NCBI GenBank assembly: GCA_003030785.1
Contig: PYVH01000001.1
Coordinates: forward strand, 8,454-72,453
Direction: 5' to 3'
Source of the DNA: Marinobacter sp. B9-2
GTDB taxonomy: Bacteria > Pseudomonadota > Gammaproteobacteria > Pseudomonadales > Oleiphilaceae
DNA length: 64,000 nucleotides
Shown here in pieces: positions 60,749-64,000 of this stretch. The notes beneath the pieces are model-generated. The model was not told the origin of the DNA, did no database searches, and saw only the letters and a program-made list of their open reading frames with translations. The first letter of the stretch is position 1. The number at the start of each line of letters is the position of its first letter. A program made the position numbers and the translations under genes.

Positions 60749-62986
60749 ATGGTAAAAGTTCGCGAAGATTACGCAATGACCGGCGACGGCCAGGTGGATA
60801 TCGAGGGCTGGGTCCGTCAGATAGCCTCCCAGACACACCTGGAAGACCCGGAGCAGTTCCGGCAGGCCTGCGAAAAGGCAGCCGAGATTGATCTCCAGGC
60901 GTTCCGGCAGGACCGGCAGTGGGCGCCGGGTTCCAGCAGCTTCCGGATCGGCATCGAGATGGCCCAGGTGCTGGCGGAGCTGCACCTGGATCAGGCCAGC
61001 CTGGTGGCGGCGATTCTTTACCGCGCGGTGCGGGAAGAGCGTGTTCCGCTCGAGATGATCCGCAAGGAATTTGGCGACGAGGTGGCAGGCCTGATCAACG
61101 GTGTACAGCAGATGGCGGCGATTTCGTCCATCCACCACCCGCTGAAAGGGAACGTGCTGGGACAGAGTGAAGGCCAGTTGGACAATGTCCGCAAGATGCT
61201 CGTCACCATGATCGACGACGTCCGGGTTGCCCTGATCAAACTGGCCGAGCGGACCTGTGCTATCCGGGCGGTCAAGGATGCCCCGGAAGAAAAACGCATG
61301 CGCGTGGCCCGGGAAGTGTTTGATATCTATGCGCCCCTGGCCCATCGCCTTGGCATCGGCCACATCAAGTGGGAGTTGGAGGACCTGTCTTTCCGCTACC
61401 TGCATGAGTCTGCGTACAAGAAGATCGCCAAGCTGCTTGATGAAAAGCGGCTCGCCCGCGACAGCTACATCAAGCGGGTGATTGAAACCCTGCAGACCGA
61501 ACTGAAAGCCTACGGCATAGAGGGTGAGCTGTCTGGGCGTGCCAAGCACATCTACAGCATCTGGCGGAAAATGCGGCGCAAGGGCATCGATTTCTCCCAG
61601 GTCTACGATGTCCGCGCCGTGCGTATCCTGGTGCCGGAAGTGCGCGACTGCTACGCGGCCCTGGGCATTGTCCACACGCTATGGCGCCACATTCCGAACG
61701 AGTTTGACGACTATATAGCCAACCCGAAGGAAAACGGTTACCAGTCCCTGCACACGGCGGTGATCGGGCCGGAGGGCAAGGTTATGGAAGTGCAGATCCG
61801 TACCCACAAGATGCATGAGGAGGCGGAACTGGGCGTCTGTGCCCACTGGCTGTACAAAGGCATGGACAAGGGCAACAAGTCCACAGGGTACGATGCCAAG
61901 ATCAACTGGCTGCGCCAGGTACTGGAGTGGCAGGAAGAACTTGGCGACCTGTCCGGGCTGGCGGACCATCTGAAATCCGATGTGGCATCAGATCGGGTGT
62001 ATGTATTCACGCCCGAAGGCCACGTTGTGGATCTGCCACAGGGGGCAACCCCGGTGGACTTTGCCTATCGGGTTCACACCGAAATCGGCCATGCCTGTCG
62101 TGGTGCGCGGGTGAACAGCCGGATTGTCCCGCTGACCTATCCGCTGAAAACCGGTGATCAGGTGTTTATCCTGACCTCCAACAACCCGGCCCCCAGCCGA
62201 GACTGGCTGAACCCGAGTCTTGGTTACATCCAGACCTCCCGGGCACGGGCCAAGGTTACCCACTGGTTCAAACAGCAGGATCGGGGTCGCAATATCACCG
62301 ACGGCCGTGCCATCCTCGAGGACGAGTTCAAGCGCCTGTCCCTGTACGACGTGGATCTTGGTGAGCTGGCTAAAAAGGTCAATTACCACAGTGCCGAGGA
62401 CATGTTTGCCGCCACCGGTGCTGGCGACCTTCGCCCCACCCATGTCGCCAATGTGGCCCAGCAGATGCTGGAGCCCAAGTCCGAACAGCTGGATCTGAAA
62501 CTCAGTGCTCAGCGCCGCAAGCCCTACGATACCGAATCGGATATCCAGATCCTGGGTGTCGGCAAGCTCAAGACCCAGGTTGCTAAATGCTGCAAACCTC
62601 TGCCCGGTGACGCCATTGGTGGCTATATCACCGTCGGCCGGGGCGTTACAGTCCACCGTCAGGACTGCCTGACGTTCCTGAACCTGCGTGAGTTCGAGCC
62701 CAACCGGATCATTGAAGTGAGCTGGGGTGGCCGGCCGGCGGCGGTCTATCCGGTTGATGTCGAGATTGAGGCTTACGACCGGTCCGGACTGCTGAGAGAT
62801 ATCACCCAGGTGCTGTCGGCCTCCAAGAGTGATGTGCTGTCCCTCAATACCCAGAGCAACAAGGACGAGAATACGGCCACCATGACCGTGACGGTCGAGA
62901 TTTCCAGCCTGGAGCAGCTGGCGCGGTTGTTGGCGCAGATTCGCAACCTGCCCAATATCATTGATGTAAGGCGTAAACGCGGATGA
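60749..62986 (+). CDS. relA: GTP pyrophosphokinase RelA
   Basis: MVKVRE start, YAPLAHRLG, GRAKHIYSI, PKENGYQSLHT, EVQIRT, TGS and ACT domains. Confidence 0.96.
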   Translation: MVKVREDYAMTGDGQVDIEGWVRQIASQTHLEDPEQFRQACEKAAEIDLQAFRQDRQWAPGSSSFRIGIEMAQVLAELHLDQASLVAAILYRAVREERVPLEMIRKEFGDEVAGLINGVQQMAAISSIHHPLKGNVLGQSEGQLDNVRKMLVTMIDDVRVALIKLAERTCAIRAVKDAPEEKRMRVAREVFDIYAPLAHRLGIGHIKWELEDLSFRYLHESAYKKIAKLLDEKRLARDSYIKRVIETLQTELKAYGIEGELSGRAKHIYSIWRKMRRKGIDFSQVYDVRAVRILVPEVRDCYAALGIVHTLWRHIPNEFDDYIANPKENGYQSLHTAVIGPEGKVMEVQIRTHKMHEEAELGVCAHWLYKGMDKGNKSTGYDAKINWLRQVLEWQEELGDLSGLADHLKSDVASDRVYVFTPEGHVVDLPQGATPVDFAYRVHTEIGHACRGARVNSRIVPLTYPLKTGDQVFILTSNNPAPSRDWLNPSLGYIQTSRARAKVTHWFKQQDRGRNITDGRAILEDEFKRLSLYDVDLGELAKKVNYHSAEDMFAATGAGDLRPTHVANVAQQMLEPKSEQLDLKLSAQRRKPYDTESDIQILGVGKLKTQVAKCCKPLPGDAIGGYITVGRGVTVHRQDCLTFLNLREFEPNRIIEVSWGGRPAAVYPVDVEIEAYDRSGLLRDITQVLSASKSDVLSLNTQSNKDENTATMTVTVEISSLEQLARLLAQIRNLPNIIDVRRKRG

Positions 62987-63840
62987 GCTATACCATCGAG
63001 GATCTGAAAACCCTGATGGCCCGTCTCCGGGACCCGGAGACGGGCTGTCCCTGGGATACCAGGCAATCTTACAAGACCATCGTGCCGCACACGCTGGAGG
63101 AGGCCTACGAAGTTGCCGATGCCATTGAGCGCGAGGATTACCCGCACCTGAAAGACGAACTGGGAGACCTGCTGTTCCAGGTGATCTTCTATACCCAGCT
63201 TGGTCGCGAAGATGGTCATTTCGATTTTGATGGGGTTGTCGATCACCTGGTGCGCAAACTGGTGCGCCGGCACCCCCACGTTTTTCCGGAGGGGACGCTG
63301 GAAAGTCGCATCGATCCGGATAACCGGCCGGATGAGGCCTGGATCAAGGAAAGCTGGGAGCGCATCAAGGCCGAGGAGCGTGCACTGAAGCCGGCACCCG
63401 AAGCCGGCGCACCGGTAAGCCGGCTTGATGGTATCGCCCGCACCCTGCCAGCCATGGCGCGGGCGGAGAAGCTCCAGAAACGGGCGGCCCGCCACGGCTT
63501 TGACTGGCCGAATGTCGCCCCCGTCTTCGACAAGCTCCATGAGGAAATCGACGAGCTCAAGGAGGCCTGGGAAGCGGCGCAAACCGGCGCCGGCGATCCG
63601 GATGCCGTAGAAGATGAGCTGGGCGATCTTATGTTCGTCTGTGTGAACCTGGCACGGTTCATGAAGGTTAATCCTGAGCAGGCCCTCAATCGAACAAACC
63701 ACAAGTTCGATGCCCGCTTCCGGGCGATTGAACGTGTGCTTGAGCGCGAGGGCCGCGACATGGACGAAGAATCGCTGGAAGCGCTGGATGCCGTCTGGCA
63801 GGCGGTTAAAGGCGTGGAGCGGGGAGGAAACGGGGACTGA
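62983..63840 (+). CDS. mazG: Nucleoside triphosphate pyrophosphohydrolase MazG
   Basis: LRDP..GCPWD, EEAYEV, ELGDLLFQV, KLVRRHPHVF, GFDW. Confidence 0.95.
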   Translation: MSYTIEDLKTLMARLRDPETGCPWDTRQSYKTIVPHTLEEAYEVADAIEREDYPHLKDELGDLLFQVIFYTQLGREDGHFDFDGVVDHLVRKLVRRHPHVFPEGTLESRIDPDNRPDEAWIKESWERIKAEERALKPAPEAGAPVSRLDGIARTLPAMARAEKLQKRAARHGFDWPNVAPVFDKLHEEIDELKEAWEAAQTGAGDPDAVEDELGDLMFVCVNLARFMKVNPEQALNRTNHKFDARFRAIERVLEREGRDMDEESLEALDAVWQAVKGVERGGNGD

Positions 63841-63976
63841 ACAGGGCGGACCGGTAAGTACAATCCGTTACCAATTTTCTCGCCCCCAGACCGACGGCTT
63901 CGTCTACACTTCCGGAAACGGACGCACAGTTTTCGTGCGCCGTGCGCCATCAATAAGATGCAGGAGTGAAGGCACC

Positions 63977-64000
63977 ATGAAAATCAAAGATCTGGTCAAC
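63977..64000 (+). CDS. Start of an unidentified protein (MKIKDLVN..., truncated by window edge)
   Basis: AGGAG RBS upstream, then ATG 63977 open to the window end. Confidence 0.55.

Noticed and set aside
60749..63840. Missing mazEF between relA and mazG
   Set aside because: Direct relA-mazG adjacency is normal outside some enterobacteria
1..64000. tRNA, rRNA, CRISPR, IS or phage genes
   Set aside because: None recognised by eye; tRNAscan-SE and Infernal would be needed to exclude short or divergent RNAs

Overview
This is a core-chromosome window from a high-GC gammaproteobacterium. It is most likely Marinobacter, an inference from protein sequences and gene order that was not checked by database search. 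It is almost entirely housekeeping genes: minD(partial)/minC, dinB, tas, olsBA, an RstAB-like two-component system, glpK, argF, grxD, ffh, rpsP-rimM-trmD-rplS, xerD-dsbC, hom-thrC-recJ, prfB (programmed +1 frameshift)-lysS-ung, ygfZ-ygfX-sdhE-nadB, rpoE-rseABC-mucD, lepA-lepB-rnc-era-recO-pdxJ, gacS and cysM-rlmD-relA-mazG. I found no tRNA, rRNA, CRISPR array, transposase or phage gene. The most interesting signals are non-coding. (1) Two PhoB-type 11-bp-period repeat arrays precede two phosphorus-free lipid modules: a GT4 glycosyltransferase + PAP2 phosphatase pair, and olsBA. (2) A candidate ~90-nt sRNA lies directly downstream of the RstAB-like pair, with its own promoter, hairpin, anti-SD-like seed and terminator. 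(3) A 113-nt palindromic element after ung carries CsrA/RsmA-consensus GGA hairpins inside a 30-bp stem. (4) A LexA box sits between dinB and a divergent DUF1244-hopJ-minC-minD unit. A CHASE-PAS-GGDEF-EAL gene with a partly degenerate EAL domain sits between mucD and lepA.
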